Source of the DNA: Candidatus Nomurabacteria bacterium
GTDB taxonomy: Bacteria; Patescibacteriota; Minisyncoccia; Phycocordibacterales; UBA5272
Assembly (NCBI GenBank): GCA_028286645.1
Contig: JAQBRF010000002.1
Span: 1 to 56,517 of the forward strand
DNA length: 56,517 nt
Direction: 5' to 3'
The position numbers were made by a program, and so were the translations under genes. Positions 1 through 8,715 of this stretch are shown one piece after another. The first letter of the stretch is position 1. Every line of letters starts with the position of its first letter. The notes beneath the pieces are model-generated. The model did not search any database, was not told where the DNA came from, and worked only from the letters and a program-made list of their open reading frames with translations.

Positions 1-1
1 T

Positions 2-466
2 TTATACAAGCACTTTCCGAATACTATTAAATATTTAAAGCAATTTGCAAAAGAAAATAATTGCGAACTACAAAGAGTAATTTTTGCTTCCCTTCTTCCC
101 GAAGGGAAAGTACTTCCCCATGTAGACCGTGGTGAGTATTTTAAATATCGCGATAGATATCACTTAGTATTAAAATCCAAAGGAAGTGAATTTAGCAGTG
201 GAAATGAAAAACAAATATTTCAGGAGGGAGAGATGTGGTGGTTTGCAAATAAAGAGTTACATAGTGTAAAAAACTTAGACAACTCTGAAAGGTTACATAT
301 TATTTTTGATCTTTTACCAAAAAACCATTACACTCTTAAACAAAAAATTGTTAAATATTTTTTTAATTATTTTTTTCAAAAATACTTTGATACTTACGGA
401 AAAAATGAATTTACCTACTTTTTAGAGAATAACCCTACTTTAATAAAAGTGTTACTATCTAAATAA
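2..466 (+). CDS. Aspartyl/asparaginyl beta-hydroxylase-family (cupin, 2OG-oxygenase-like) protein, C-terminal part; 5' end lies outside the window
   Basis: Frame 2 is open from base 2 and runs into the listed 233..466 ORF. The translation ...LPEGKVLPHVDRGEYFKYRDRYHLVLKS...EGEMWWFANKELHSVKNLDNSERLHIIFDL resembles the H-x-D...H core of the AspH family (recognised by eye). Confidence 0.55.
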   Translation, partial: LYKHFPNTIKYLKQFAKENNCELQRVIFASLLPEGKVLPHVDRGEYFKYRDRYHLVLKSKGSEFSSGNEKQIFQEGEMWWFANKELHSVKNLDNSERLHIIFDLLPKNHYTLKQKIVKYFFNYFFQKYFDTYGKNEFTYFLENNPTLIKVLLSK

Positions 467-481
467 GTACATTATTACAAA

Positions 482-1210
482 ATGATTTTAAAAAAGAAAA
501 AAGAATTGATTTTAAAGATTGTCTTACTAATAGCCATTATTTATATATTATCTTCATCTTCTCTTCACTATAAAATTGGAAATGTTTTTTTCGGGCAAGT
601 TTCTTCCTTATACAATGTAAACTTAGCTAATCTTTTTTTTAGAGCTTCCATACATCCGATTATTGGCAATCCTCCCCTATTTGCTCATTACCAGCTTTCA
701 AGAACTTATTTTATTAAAGGAGATTTAGATCAAGCGTTGGCAGAAGCACAGAAAGAATTAGAAGTTTATCCCGAAAATATTCGAACCTACTACATACTTG
801 GACTCACTTTGGGATATATGAATAGAGAACATGAAGCGATAGATGCTTTTTCTAAATTTATAGAAGCAAATCCTGAAACATGGGCGGCGAGAAACGATAA
901 AGCCTGGCTTCAGTTTAGAATAGGAGACATGGACGGAGCATTAGCTACAATGAAACCCATTTCTTACATGAAGAACAATCCATGGGTCCAAAACACATAC
1001 GGAACGATCCTTATGAATAAAAAAGATTACAAAGGCGCAATGGAAGCATTTAATCAGGCTCTCAACGAGACTAGTATGATGACGACAGCCGACTGGGGGG
1101 AGGCCTATCCCGGAAATGATCCTAGAATTTATGCTCCGGGATTAAATGCAATGAAATTATCAATTGAAGAAAATATAAAGTTATTAAATACTAAGTTGGA
1201 CCCACAATAA
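482..1210 (+). CDS. Membrane-anchored TPR-repeat protein
   Basis: N-terminal hydrophobic anchor (LILKIVLLIAIIYILSS) followed by TPR-like helices (YFIKGDLDQALAEAQKELEVYPEN, MNKKDYKGAMEAFNQAL). Starts 15 nt after the oxygenase gene. Confidence 0.6.
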   Translation: MILKKKKELILKIVLLIAIIYILSSSSLHYKIGNVFFGQVSSLYNVNLANLFFRASIHPIIGNPPLFAHYQLSRTYFIKGDLDQALAEAQKELEVYPENIRTYYILGLTLGYMNREHEAIDAFSKFIEANPETWAARNDKAWLQFRIGDMDGALATMKPISYMKNNPWVQNTYGTILMNKKDYKGAMEAFNQALNETSMMTTADWGEAYPGNDPRIYAPGLNAMKLSIEENIKLLNTKLDPQ

Positions 1211-1265
1211 TACTTATGTGCATAAGAATCTCTACTAGAAAAAGCGGCATGCTATCCTTAATCTT

Positions 1266-2018
1266 ATGAACATACGGCATATCTCACATTTTTCTCACAT
1301 TTTAAAGAAAAAGAACAAAAAGTTTCTATATCCCGGATTAGGTATACTGGCTTTCTTGTTTATTTTTATAGGAGCTTTCGCCGTAACGAAAAATGGCAAT
1401 CCAGAAGTATCTGAGCTTAGCTTCGTGGAACATTCATCTTTAGGTAAAGACAGCGGATCTGTTGTACCCGCCTCATGTGAATCAGGGTATGTTCATTCAG
1501 ATGCAGAGAACCCCGCAGGTGATCCTAGTGTGTGTGCTGACAGACTTCAGTTTTGGGCAGATAGTTATTCTGTGACTACTGGAACAAGCGTCGGTCTGCA
1601 CTGGTATTTACGTACATCCAGACCAGATATTTATCCAGAAAATGCCTTTCTAACTAGAGGGTGGTATGCGCCTGGGGGTTATTGGCTGACAGGAGGTGAA
1701 GCTATAGCTGTACAGACCTGCCAAGCATCTGGGGATTGGGTAGGAGAACGCTATACAGAAAATGTAGCTGACCCTGTAGGATCTCAACATAATCTCTCAG
1801 CTTTAGGGGGAAATGGTGGAGGGAATGGTTATTGGTACGCCCGGTTAGAAGATACCTATACAGGACCACTAAGCGGACCAGTAACATTTTATTTATCTTG
1901 TACTTTAACTTTTCACGATGGAAGTCATAACTTAATTACAGTTACAACTCCTACCAAAACCGTACATATAGATGTTACACCTCCTATTGCTCCTACCGTA
2001 CAAGTTAACTTCCAATAG
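1266..2018 (+). CDS. Hypothetical membrane-anchored/secreted protein
   Basis: Long ORF with an N-terminal TM (LYPGLGILAFLFIFIGAFAV) and a Gly/Trp/Cys-rich ectodomain. TGcTATCCT -10-like box ends 7 nt before the ATG. No family recognised. Confidence 0.5.
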   Translation: MNIRHISHFSHILKKKNKKFLYPGLGILAFLFIFIGAFAVTKNGNPEVSELSFVEHSSLGKDSGSVVPASCESGYVHSDAENPAGDPSVCADRLQFWADSYSVTTGTSVGLHWYLRTSRPDIYPENAFLTRGWYAPGGYWLTGGEAIAVQTCQASGDWVGERYTENVADPVGSQHNLSALGGNGGGNGYWYARLEDTYTGPLSGPVTFYLSCTLTFHDGSHNLITVTTPTKTVHIDVTPPIAPTVQVNFQ

Positions 2019-2065
2019 TTACAAGTTTCTTTTATAAAAATCATTTCCCCTGTTATACTTTTCTT

Positions 2066-2431
2066 ATGTTTAATCTTTGGCCTTATTTAATCCGATTAGC
2101 GATAGCCCTTTATTTTATTTATCCTCATGGGGTTGCACTCTTGCAAGGAGCAAAGAAACTAGGAACTGCGGTATTTGCTTGTATTGATGAGTACATTCCT
2201 CAAACAATTGCCTTTACTCTCTGGCATGGGCTTTTTGTGCTTCTAGGAGTGTTTATTCTTCTCTGGCCACGACCAGTATTTCCTCTCATCGTCGCCCTCT
2301 GTATCCTTTCTAGCCAGTTATACATAAATTTCTCGATGCAAAGCTACTCGGTTATAAATATGCTTTTATTTGTTCTTGTATTGATAACGCTTGCCCTCAT
2401 CATCTATCACTCCCGCCCTCAATTTAGATAA
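2066..2431 (+). CDS. Small integral membrane protein (about 4 TM), unknown function
   Basis: ORF is hydrophobic throughout. TGtTATACT box at 2051-2059 lies exactly 6 nt before the ATG. Confidence 0.5.
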   Translation: MFNLWPYLIRLAIALYFIYPHGVALLQGAKKLGTAVFACIDEYIPQTIAFTLWHGLFVLLGVFILLWPRPVFPLIVALCILSSQLYINFSMQSYSVINMLLFVLVLITLALIIYHSRPQFR

Positions 2432-2454
2432 TTCTATTTTGTTATACTGATGAA

Positions 2455-4620
2455 ATGAAAACATCCTTGGATGCGCCGATTTCTTCTATTAATCGAATCT
2501 CTCCTATTCATGAAGAAGGGTTAAAGAAATTAAAGTTAAAAACTCTTAGAGATTTGCTTTATCATTTTCCTGTTCGGTATGCAGATATGAGGGAAATAGC
2601 CGGAACGGGTAATTTAACTCCTGGCCAATCAATCACAATTTACGGCATCATGGAAAAGGTGGTTGTGAGAAGGAGTTTCAAAGGCCACATCCCCATGACT
2701 GAGGCGCGTATAGCAGATAACACCGGCACTATACGATGCATATGGTTTAATCAAGCTTATATCGGGAAAATGTATCCAGACGGGACCAAAGTAAAAATTT
2801 CGGGAACAGTACAAGAAGATACGAAAGGTTTTTTTCTATCAAATCCACAAATTGAAAGAGCGGTCGAAATTCCTGAAGCTGAAAGTAGTTTGTTTGCGCC
2901 AAATGCAGATGTAAACTTTCTTACCCCAATTTATAGAGAAACAAAAGGAGTGACCTCGCTTTACCTATACACCCTTATAAAAAAGGCTGTAGCGGGCGGA
3001 TGCTTAGATGATGTATACGATCCAATCCCGCCGCACATAATTAAGAAATTAAATTTGCCAGAATTGAAAGATGCGCTTTTATATATTCATTTTCCTAAAA
3101 ACGAATCATTAACTATCGGATCAAGGAAACGTTTCGCATTTGAGGAAATCTTTTATATGCAGTTAAAATCCTATCAAGAGAAAGTGGAGGCGAAACATTC
3201 TTTAAGCTATAAAATACAAGTTGATAAAGATTCAATACAAAACTTTATAGACAGATTCGACTTTACTCCGACAGACGCCCAATTAGACGCGATAGATTCT
3301 ATTTTAAAAGATATCGGAAAAGGCGAACCAATGGGAAGATTGCTCGAAGGTGACGTAGGTAGCGGAAAGACCTTCGTCGCAGCCGTAGTAACTCAAGCTA
3401 TCTTACAAAATAGAATCGGTAAAGCTGGACCCCGCTTACAAGTAGCATATATGGCCCCTACGGAAATATTAGCCAAACAGCATTTTGAAAGCTTTATAGA
3501 ATATTTTAAAGGAACGGGCGTAGAAATTGGGCTTTTAACTGGTGGCGGATGCTATAAATTCCCAAGCAAAACATACGGAGAAATGTACACGCATACTTCG
3601 AGAACTCAGCTTTTAAAATGGCTCGCAGACGGCCGAGTTTCGGTTGTGATAGGAACGCACGCACTTATTCAAAAGTCGGTGAAGTTCGCGCAATTAGCTC
3701 TTGTGATAATTGACGAACAGCACCGCTTCGGAGTAAAGCAAAGAAAGTCATTGGCTCAAAGCAAAGATGAGAAAAATAAAGTTATCCCGCATTTACTATC
3801 AATGACTGCGACCCCTATCCCCCGCACCCTTGCTTTAACAATTTTCGGAGATTTGGATCTAACGGTAATCGACTCTATGCCAAAGGAAAGAAAAAGAATT
3901 ATCACCGAAGTAGTTCCGCGCACTAAACGAAAAGAAATATACGAGCATATCCGCAAAGAACTCCAGGCTGGTCATCAGGTCTATGTGATATGCCCCCGCA
4001 TAGATGAGCAAGATGAAGATGAGAGACAGAAAAGAATTCTTAAAAGCGTGAAAGAAGAAGCCAAGCATTTAGCAGAAGTGGTGTTCCCCGAATTTATCGT
4101 GGACATTCTTCACAGTAAAATGAAAAAAGAAGACAAGGAAGAAGTAATGCAGGACTTTTTGGATAAGAAATCTGATATATTGGTTGCAACTTCAGTAATA
4201 GAAGTGGGCATCAACGTGCCAAACGCGACAGTTATAGTTATAGAACATGCAGACAGGTTCGGGCTTGCCCAGCTTCATCAATTGCGCGGCCGCGTGGGAC
4301 GAAGAGAATACCAGTCATATTGTTATCTTTTCACTGAAAGCGAGGGTGAGATTACTGAAAAGAGATTGCAAGCTCTTGTTAACGCAAAGAATGGATTTGA
4401 GCTTGCTGAAGCTGATATGATGGCCCGCGGCATAGGAGCGCTTATGGAAGGCAAGCAGTGGGGGCTTAGTGATCTTGCAATGGAGGCAATTAAAAACCCT
4501 AAGCTTGTAGAAATAGCGCGCGATGAAGCAAAGGAATTACTAGATAATGATCAGACATTAGAGAACTACCCAGACCTCGCTAAAATAATAAAAGACCGAG
4601 AGCAAGTGCATATGGAATAA
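2455..4620 (+). CDS. recG: ATP-dependent DNA helicase RecG
   Basis: 721 aa with an N-terminal wedge/OB region, helicase motif I GDVGSGKT, motif II IIDEQHRFG, and LHQLRGRVGRR. TGtTATACT at 2440-2448 lies 6 nt before the ATG. Confidence 0.9.
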   Translation: MKTSLDAPISSINRISPIHEEGLKKLKLKTLRDLLYHFPVRYADMREIAGTGNLTPGQSITIYGIMEKVVVRRSFKGHIPMTEARIADNTGTIRCIWFNQAYIGKMYPDGTKVKISGTVQEDTKGFFLSNPQIERAVEIPEAESSLFAPNADVNFLTPIYRETKGVTSLYLYTLIKKAVAGGCLDDVYDPIPPHIIKKLNLPELKDALLYIHFPKNESLTIGSRKRFAFEEIFYMQLKSYQEKVEAKHSLSYKIQVDKDSIQNFIDRFDFTPTDAQLDAIDSILKDIGKGEPMGRLLEGDVGSGKTFVAAVVTQAILQNRIGKAGPRLQVAYMAPTEILAKQHFESFIEYFKGTGVEIGLLTGGGCYKFPSKTYGEMYTHTSRTQLLKWLADGRVSVVIGTHALIQKSVKFAQLALVIIDEQHRFGVKQRKSLAQSKDEKNKVIPHLLSMTATPIPRTLALTIFGDLDLTVIDSMPKERKRIITEVVPRTKRKEIYEHIRKELQAGHQVYVICPRIDEQDEDERQKRILKSVKEEAKHLAEVVFPEFIVDILHSKMKKEDKEEVMQDFLDKKSDILVATSVIEVGINVPNATVIVIEHADRFGLAQLHQLRGRVGRREYQSYCYLFTESEGEITEKRLQALVNAKNGFELAEADMMARGIGALMEGKQWGLSDLAMEAIKNPKLVEIARDEAKELLDNDQTLENYPDLAKIIKDREQVHME

Positions 4621-4658
4621 GAGACAGCGTGTAGCTAGTAGCGTATAGAGTGTAGATC

Positions 4659-5045
4659 TTAATTCGATAAACCAGTAAGAGATTCTCTTAATTTATTCCT
4701 TAAGTCATCTACTGATTCGTATTCGATAACTACGGTATTTGGAATTCCTTGTGCTAATTTACTTACGAACTGACCCTTTTCTATTAAAAGAATTCTTCTA
4801 AGACCTAAATGATAGGATAGGCCAATTTCTATTCCTACACCGTGACTTCTTTCTGAAACTTCGGCTATGATAACATTGCTAGTCTTTAGATTTTCATAAT
4901 CTCTTTTAAAGATCTCCTCGGGTGTTCCTCCAATTTCAAACACAAATGGTTCTATGCCATTTTCTTCTACTATCTTTTTAATTTCTGGCAACAACTCTAA
5001 TCTACTATTAGTGTGACTAACAGGACATGTTATGTAGGCCTTCAT
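4659..5045 (-). CDS. Nucleoside 2-deoxyribosyltransferase-like (Rossmann-like) small protein
   Basis: 128 aa. The segment NVIIAEVSERSHGVGIEIGLSY resembles the D/E-x-G-T-x-x-E-x-G motif of the deoxyribosyltransferase/Rcl superfamily. Weak call made by eye. Confidence 0.35.
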   Translation of the reverse strand: MKAYITCPVSHTNSRLELLPEIKKIVEENGIEPFVFEIGGTPEEIFKRDYENLKTSNVIIAEVSERSHGVGIEIGLSYHLGLRRILLIEKGQFVSKLAQGIPNTVVIEYESVDDLRNKLRESLTGLSN

Positions 5046-5048
5046 GGG

Positions 5049-5121
5049 TGCATCCGCCTGGACTCGAACCAGGGACCAGTCGTGTATAAGACGACGGCTC
5101 TACCAACTGAGCTACGGATGC
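5049..5121 (-). tRNA. tRNA-Ile with anticodon UAU (decodes AUA); CCA not encoded
   Basis: The reverse complement folds as a canonical cloverleaf. Acceptor GCATCCG/CGGATGC, D stem GCTC/GAGC, anticodon stem GTCGT/ACGAC with loop CT-TAT-AC, T stem CCTGG/CCAGG with loop TTCGAGT, discriminator A. The anticodon corresponds to plus-strand ata at 5086-5088. Confidence 0.9.
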
Positions 5122-5186
5122 ATTTGTCCCTAGAACTATACCAAATTTTAATTATTTAGTTAAATTAAATTCTAAGAACTTAAATT

Positions 5187-7091
5187 TTACACCACTTCTT
5201 CCCTCTTCTTCGGAGTAATTCCATTAGCTATTAAGAGATTCTCAAATTCAGCTCGTTCAATATTTTCTACCCTCATAAGCTCTTCAGCAATAGCAATTAA
5301 TGCATTCTTTTTTTCTAAAATAATAGTCCTTGCTCTCTGCCATGCTTCGTCCATGATCCTTTTCACTTCAGAATCTATCTTTTCTCCAAATGATTCGCTG
5401 TAATCTTTTCCATATATCCCTCGCATTTGATTATCCCCCTCTGGAACAAGCGCGATTGGCCCAAGCTCACTCATGCCATATTTCGTAACCATGGCGCGCG
5501 CCATATTTGTCGCCACCTGAAGATCATTTGATGGACCAGTAGTAATATCCCCAAATATTTCCTTTTCGGCTACATATCCCCCCATAGACATAGCAATGTC
5601 ATCTAAGAAGGCGCTCTTGCTCATCAACCGCCTCTCATCAAAAGGAAGCTTAAGCGTATATCCTCCGGCATGACCGCGAGCAATGATAGAAATTTTGTGA
5701 ACTGGATCGGCATCCGGCAAACATGATGCAACGAGAGCGTGACCCGCTTCATGATATGCCGTAATTTTCTTTTCTTTAGGAGTAAGCACATGACTCTTCC
5801 TTTCAGGACCTAGCATTACTTTTTCTATTGATCTAATCAAATCATATTGAGCAATTGTTTTCCTGCCTTCTCGTGCAGCCAATATCGCCGCCTCGTTCAT
5901 AAGAGATGCAAGATCTGCCCCAGAGAATCCGGGCGTGCGTTCTGCTATAACCTTTAAATTCACATCTTCAGCCAATGGTTTTGTTTTAATGTGCACCGAG
6001 AGAATAGCTTCGCGATCACTTCTATCAGGAAGTTCTAATATTACTCTTCTGTCGAACCGTCCTGGGCGAAGAAGGGCTTGGTCTAACACGTCCGGCCTGT
6101 TTGTCGCCGCCATGACTATTAAATTCTGAGTTGGCTCAAATCCATCCATCTCCACCAATATCTGGTTTAATGTCTGCTCTCGTCCTTCTCCTTGGCCTCC
6201 TATAGAAGCTGATCGAGTACGCCCAACTGCATCGATTTCATCGATGAAAATAATCGCAGGAGATGACTTCTTAGCCATATCGAATAAATCTCGCACGCGT
6301 GATGCTCCCACACCCACAAACATTTCTTCAAATTCGCTCCCTGACAAATGCAAGAACGGAACTCCGGCTTCTCCGGCTACTGCGCGAGCAAGCATAGTTT
6401 TACCAGTCCCTGGGGCACCCATTAAAAGCACGCCTTTAGGAATCTGCGCTCCGATATCAATAAACTTTTTGGGCGCACGCAAAAACTCTACAATTTCCAT
6501 CAGCTCTTCTTTCGCTTCCTTGGCCCCCGCTACATCTTTAAATGTAACTTTTTCTTTTGCATCATTCGGATCGATAATTTTTGCACGTGATTGCCCAAAC
6601 GAAAGAGCTTGCATGTTAGCGCCTTTGATCCCACGAGCTAGCCACCAAATCATAAACGCTAAAAATAGTATCGGCAGAATTATAGGAATAAGAGACCCCC
6701 AAAATGCCAGTCCCTTTTCTCCTTGGACAGTAATATTTGTCGTAGAAAGAGTGGAGGTGCTCACTCCATATGCGCTTAATGTTTGAAATATTGATGCATT
6801 GGCCTCTTTCTTGCTTTGTACGCTTGTCTTATCTTCTTTAATTCCAGTTATGGTATCCCCCGCAACTGTAATTGATGAGATTTGCTTTTGGCTGACGAGT
6901 GATGCGAATTCCGATATAGGAATAGTCGGAGTATTTTTCCCTGTTTGGATATAAGAATATGCCCAGGTAATTACCATGAAAATAATGAAGGCGCCGACTA
7001 ATTGCTGAGTGATTCCCCTAAACTTCATTCCGCTTTTCGGCCCTCCCGCTTTTTTATTATCTCCCCTGTTTTGAAATTTATTCTTAGCCAT
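5187..7091 (-). CDS. ftsH: ATP-dependent zinc metalloprotease FtsH
   Basis: 634 aa with two N-terminal TMs, AAA+ Walker A GAPGTGKT, Walker B IIFIDEID, and zinc motif HEAGHAL. TGtTAGAAT (7098-7106, minus) lies 6 nt before the ATG. Confidence 0.95.
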   Translation of the reverse strand: MAKNKFQNRGDNKKAGGPKSGMKFRGITQQLVGAFIIFMVITWAYSYIQTGKNTPTIPISEFASLVSQKQISSITVAGDTITGIKEDKTSVQSKKEANASIFQTLSAYGVSTSTLSTTNITVQGEKGLAFWGSLIPIILPILFLAFMIWWLARGIKGANMQALSFGQSRAKIIDPNDAKEKVTFKDVAGAKEAKEELMEIVEFLRAPKKFIDIGAQIPKGVLLMGAPGTGKTMLARAVAGEAGVPFLHLSGSEFEEMFVGVGASRVRDLFDMAKKSSPAIIFIDEIDAVGRTRSASIGGQGEGREQTLNQILVEMDGFEPTQNLIVMAATNRPDVLDQALLRPGRFDRRVILELPDRSDREAILSVHIKTKPLAEDVNLKVIAERTPGFSGADLASLMNEAAILAAREGRKTIAQYDLIRSIEKVMLGPERKSHVLTPKEKKITAYHEAGHALVASCLPDADPVHKISIIARGHAGGYTLKLPFDERRLMSKSAFLDDIAMSMGGYVAEKEIFGDITTGPSNDLQVATNMARAMVTKYGMSELGPIALVPEGDNQMRGIYGKDYSESFGEKIDSEVKRIMDEAWQRARTIILEKKNALIAIAEELMRVENIERAEFENLLIANGITPKKREEVV

Positions 7092-7161
7092 CTCCGTATT
7101 CTAACATAAATTAAATATTAGACTTTAGGCTTAATAAGTTAGATAATACATACTATCTCCT

Positions 7162-7593
7162 ATGAAATTAGTAGAAAATAAAAAACTAACTCTCGTCTAT
7201 TCTATTCAAAATACATTTGAAGCAGGAATAGAACTTGAGGGCCATGAAGTAAAGTCGCTTCGCTCTAAACTTGGGTCCCTGGAAGGATCCAAGGTGCTTA
7301 TTCGTGGCGGAGAAGCCTTCCTTGTCGGAGTATATATTCCGCCATATCAAGCGGCGAACACGGAAAAATCATACGACCCATATAGGACCCGAAAGATTCT
7401 TTTAAATAAAGAAGAGATAGAAGAAATGTACAATTTCGAAATGACGAAGACCTTGACATTACACCCTATTTCGTTGTACACTAAAGGCAACCTCATTAAG
7501 TGTGAAGTAGCAGTTTGTAAGAAAAAAGATACGCGTGATAAAAGACAGGACATAAAGAAAGATATAGACAGACGAGAATTACGAAACCTTTAA
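7162..7593 (+). CDS. smpB: SsrA-binding protein SmpB
   Basis: 143 aa. Carries AGIELEGHEVKSLR and the LLLNKEEI pattern typical of SmpB. Lies next to the tmRNA gene. Confidence 0.9.
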   Translation: MKLVENKKLTLVYSIQNTFEAGIELEGHEVKSLRSKLGSLEGSKVLIRGGEAFLVGVYIPPYQAANTEKSYDPYRTRKILLNKEEIEEMYNFEMTKTLTLHPISLYTKGNLIKCEVAVCKKKDTRDKRQDIKKDIDRRELRNL

Positions 7594-7597
7594 AATA

Positions 7598-7861
7598 ATG
7601 TATTTTGTATATATATTATACAGTGAAAAAGATGGTAAATTGTATGTGGGCTGTTCCGGTAATTTAAATAAGAGAATAGCCAGACATAATAATGGATTAG
7701 TCCTAGCAACAAAAAATCGTCGACCTTTGGTCTGTATATATTATGAAAGTTTCACATCAAAAGGAGAGGCTTTCGCTCGAGAAAGATATCTTAAAAGCCT
7801 ATGGTCTGCACATTTTAAAGAAAAAATTAAGAAAGACTATCTAAATAAACAATCCGCGTAA
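7598..7861 (+). CDS. GIY-YIG nuclease-domain protein (UPF0213-like)
   Basis: 87 aa beginning YFVYILYSEKDGKLYVGCSGNLNKRIARHN (GIY...YVG...R...H pattern), with a conserved E in ARERYLKS. Confidence 0.75.
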   Translation: MYFVYILYSEKDGKLYVGCSGNLNKRIARHNNGLVLATKNRRPLVCIYYESFTSKGEAFARERYLKSLWSAHFKEKIKKDYLNKQSA

Positions 7862-7887
7862 TTTATTATCGTGATAATAAATTACGC
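7856..7887 (+). terminator. AT-rich perfect hairpin overlapping the GIY-YIG stop codon
   Basis: GCGTAATTTATTAT-cgtg-ATAATAAATTACGC gives a 14-bp stem. There is no clear U-tract, so termination activity is uncertain. Confidence 0.4.
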
Positions 7888-7900
7888 GGGCGGCTTATAA

Positions 7901-7940
7901 GGCTAATCCGTCTGCTGGGCTCCTGGCAGACGGACGCCCG
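7901..7940. repeat. GGCTAATCCG-[variable hairpin]-CGGACGCCCG module, copy 1
   Basis: The same conserved flanks enclose a different, self-complementary insert at 18000-18024. Both copies follow an AT-rich palindromic hairpin. Confidence 0.5.
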
Positions 7941-7963
7941 AAAATTGCTTTGCAATTTTTTAG

Positions 7964-8355
7964 GGGGGTGATCTTTGGCTTCGACATATAGAACTTGCTT
8001 GCATGCGCATTGCCGAGATTGCGAGATACCTCGTTAACCATCTCGCAAACACGTTGCAAATAAAACAGCAACAGCAATCCGTTCACCATACGTGAATGGA
8101 CTTGTCCCAGCATTCGCCTAAATTTTAGGCCGATCTGGTGTTATACCGATTCGCATCTGCGGAGTTGGATATAGCAATATAACAGCAGATGTAGATGTAT
8201 TTATTGCATAGTAATTACATCGAAACTCTTATGCTATACATGTACAGGTTTTCGTTTACTTTCTATCTGTACGTGCGAACACATCAGGTAAACTACGCAT
8301 TGTAGAAACATGTAGCGACTCTATATACACGGCGGTTCGATCCCGCCCACCTCCA
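7964..8355 (+). ncRNA. ssrA: tmRNA (SsrA)
   Basis: The 5' GGGGGTGATCTTTGGCTTCGAC pairs with the 3' CACCTCC plus discriminator A. T-arm GGCGGTTCGATCCCGCC. Internal tag frame GCA AAT ... GCA TTC GCC TAA lies at 8056-8121. Adjacent to smpB and followed by an intrinsic terminator. CCA is not encoded (caa follows). Confidence 0.85.
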
Positions 8356-8365
8356 CAAAAATAAG

Positions 8366-8392
8366 AAAACCGCCTCAGGGCGGGTTTTCTAT
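8366..8392 (+). terminator. Intrinsic terminator after tmRNA
   Basis: CCGCC-tcag-GGCGG stem followed by TTTTCTATATTTTT. Confidence 0.7.
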
Positions 8393-8654
8393 ATTTTTGT
8401 AGGATGCCGGTGTAATCACCGGTGCCACTCCAACAAAACCGCTAGGCGGTTTTGTCTTGTCATTTGTAGAGGCGGAAAACATGAACTGCTTCATGTCTGT
8501 GCGGGATCGAAGGCCGCAGGCATATTTTGACAGCAGTCGAAATGCCGAGGGGCGGGCTGCGAGAAAACTTTAGCCGATGCGCCCACGTGCACAAAACTTC
8601 GCGATGTGCGCGGATTTTTTTGTAGCATGCTACAAAATTTTTATTAATAGACTA

Positions 8655-8682
8655 TTGACTTTCTTTCAGAATATTATATGAT
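8655..8682 (+). promoter_or_regulatory. Sigma70-type promoter for 8716..8988
   Basis: TTGACT (8655-8660), 16-nt spacer, TATGAT (8677-8682). AAAGGA ribosome-binding site at 8704-8709. Confidence 0.55.
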
Positions 8683-8715
8683 AGAAGTAACTTCACTTTA
8701 CACGAAAGGAACTCT

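Noticed and set aside
6244-6786. 180-aa plus-strand ORF inside ftsH (similar antisense ORFs occur inside recG, ileS, metG, argS, the M32 peptidase gene and the Mqo-like gene)
   Set aside because: These are shadow ORFs opposite strongly supported genes. Their products are low-complexity and match no recognisable family.
7895-8113. 72-aa minus-strand ORF
   Set aside because: It lies entirely antisense to the tmRNA gene and the adjacent repeat module. It has no promoter or RBS, and its composition is driven by the structured RNA. Judged spurious.
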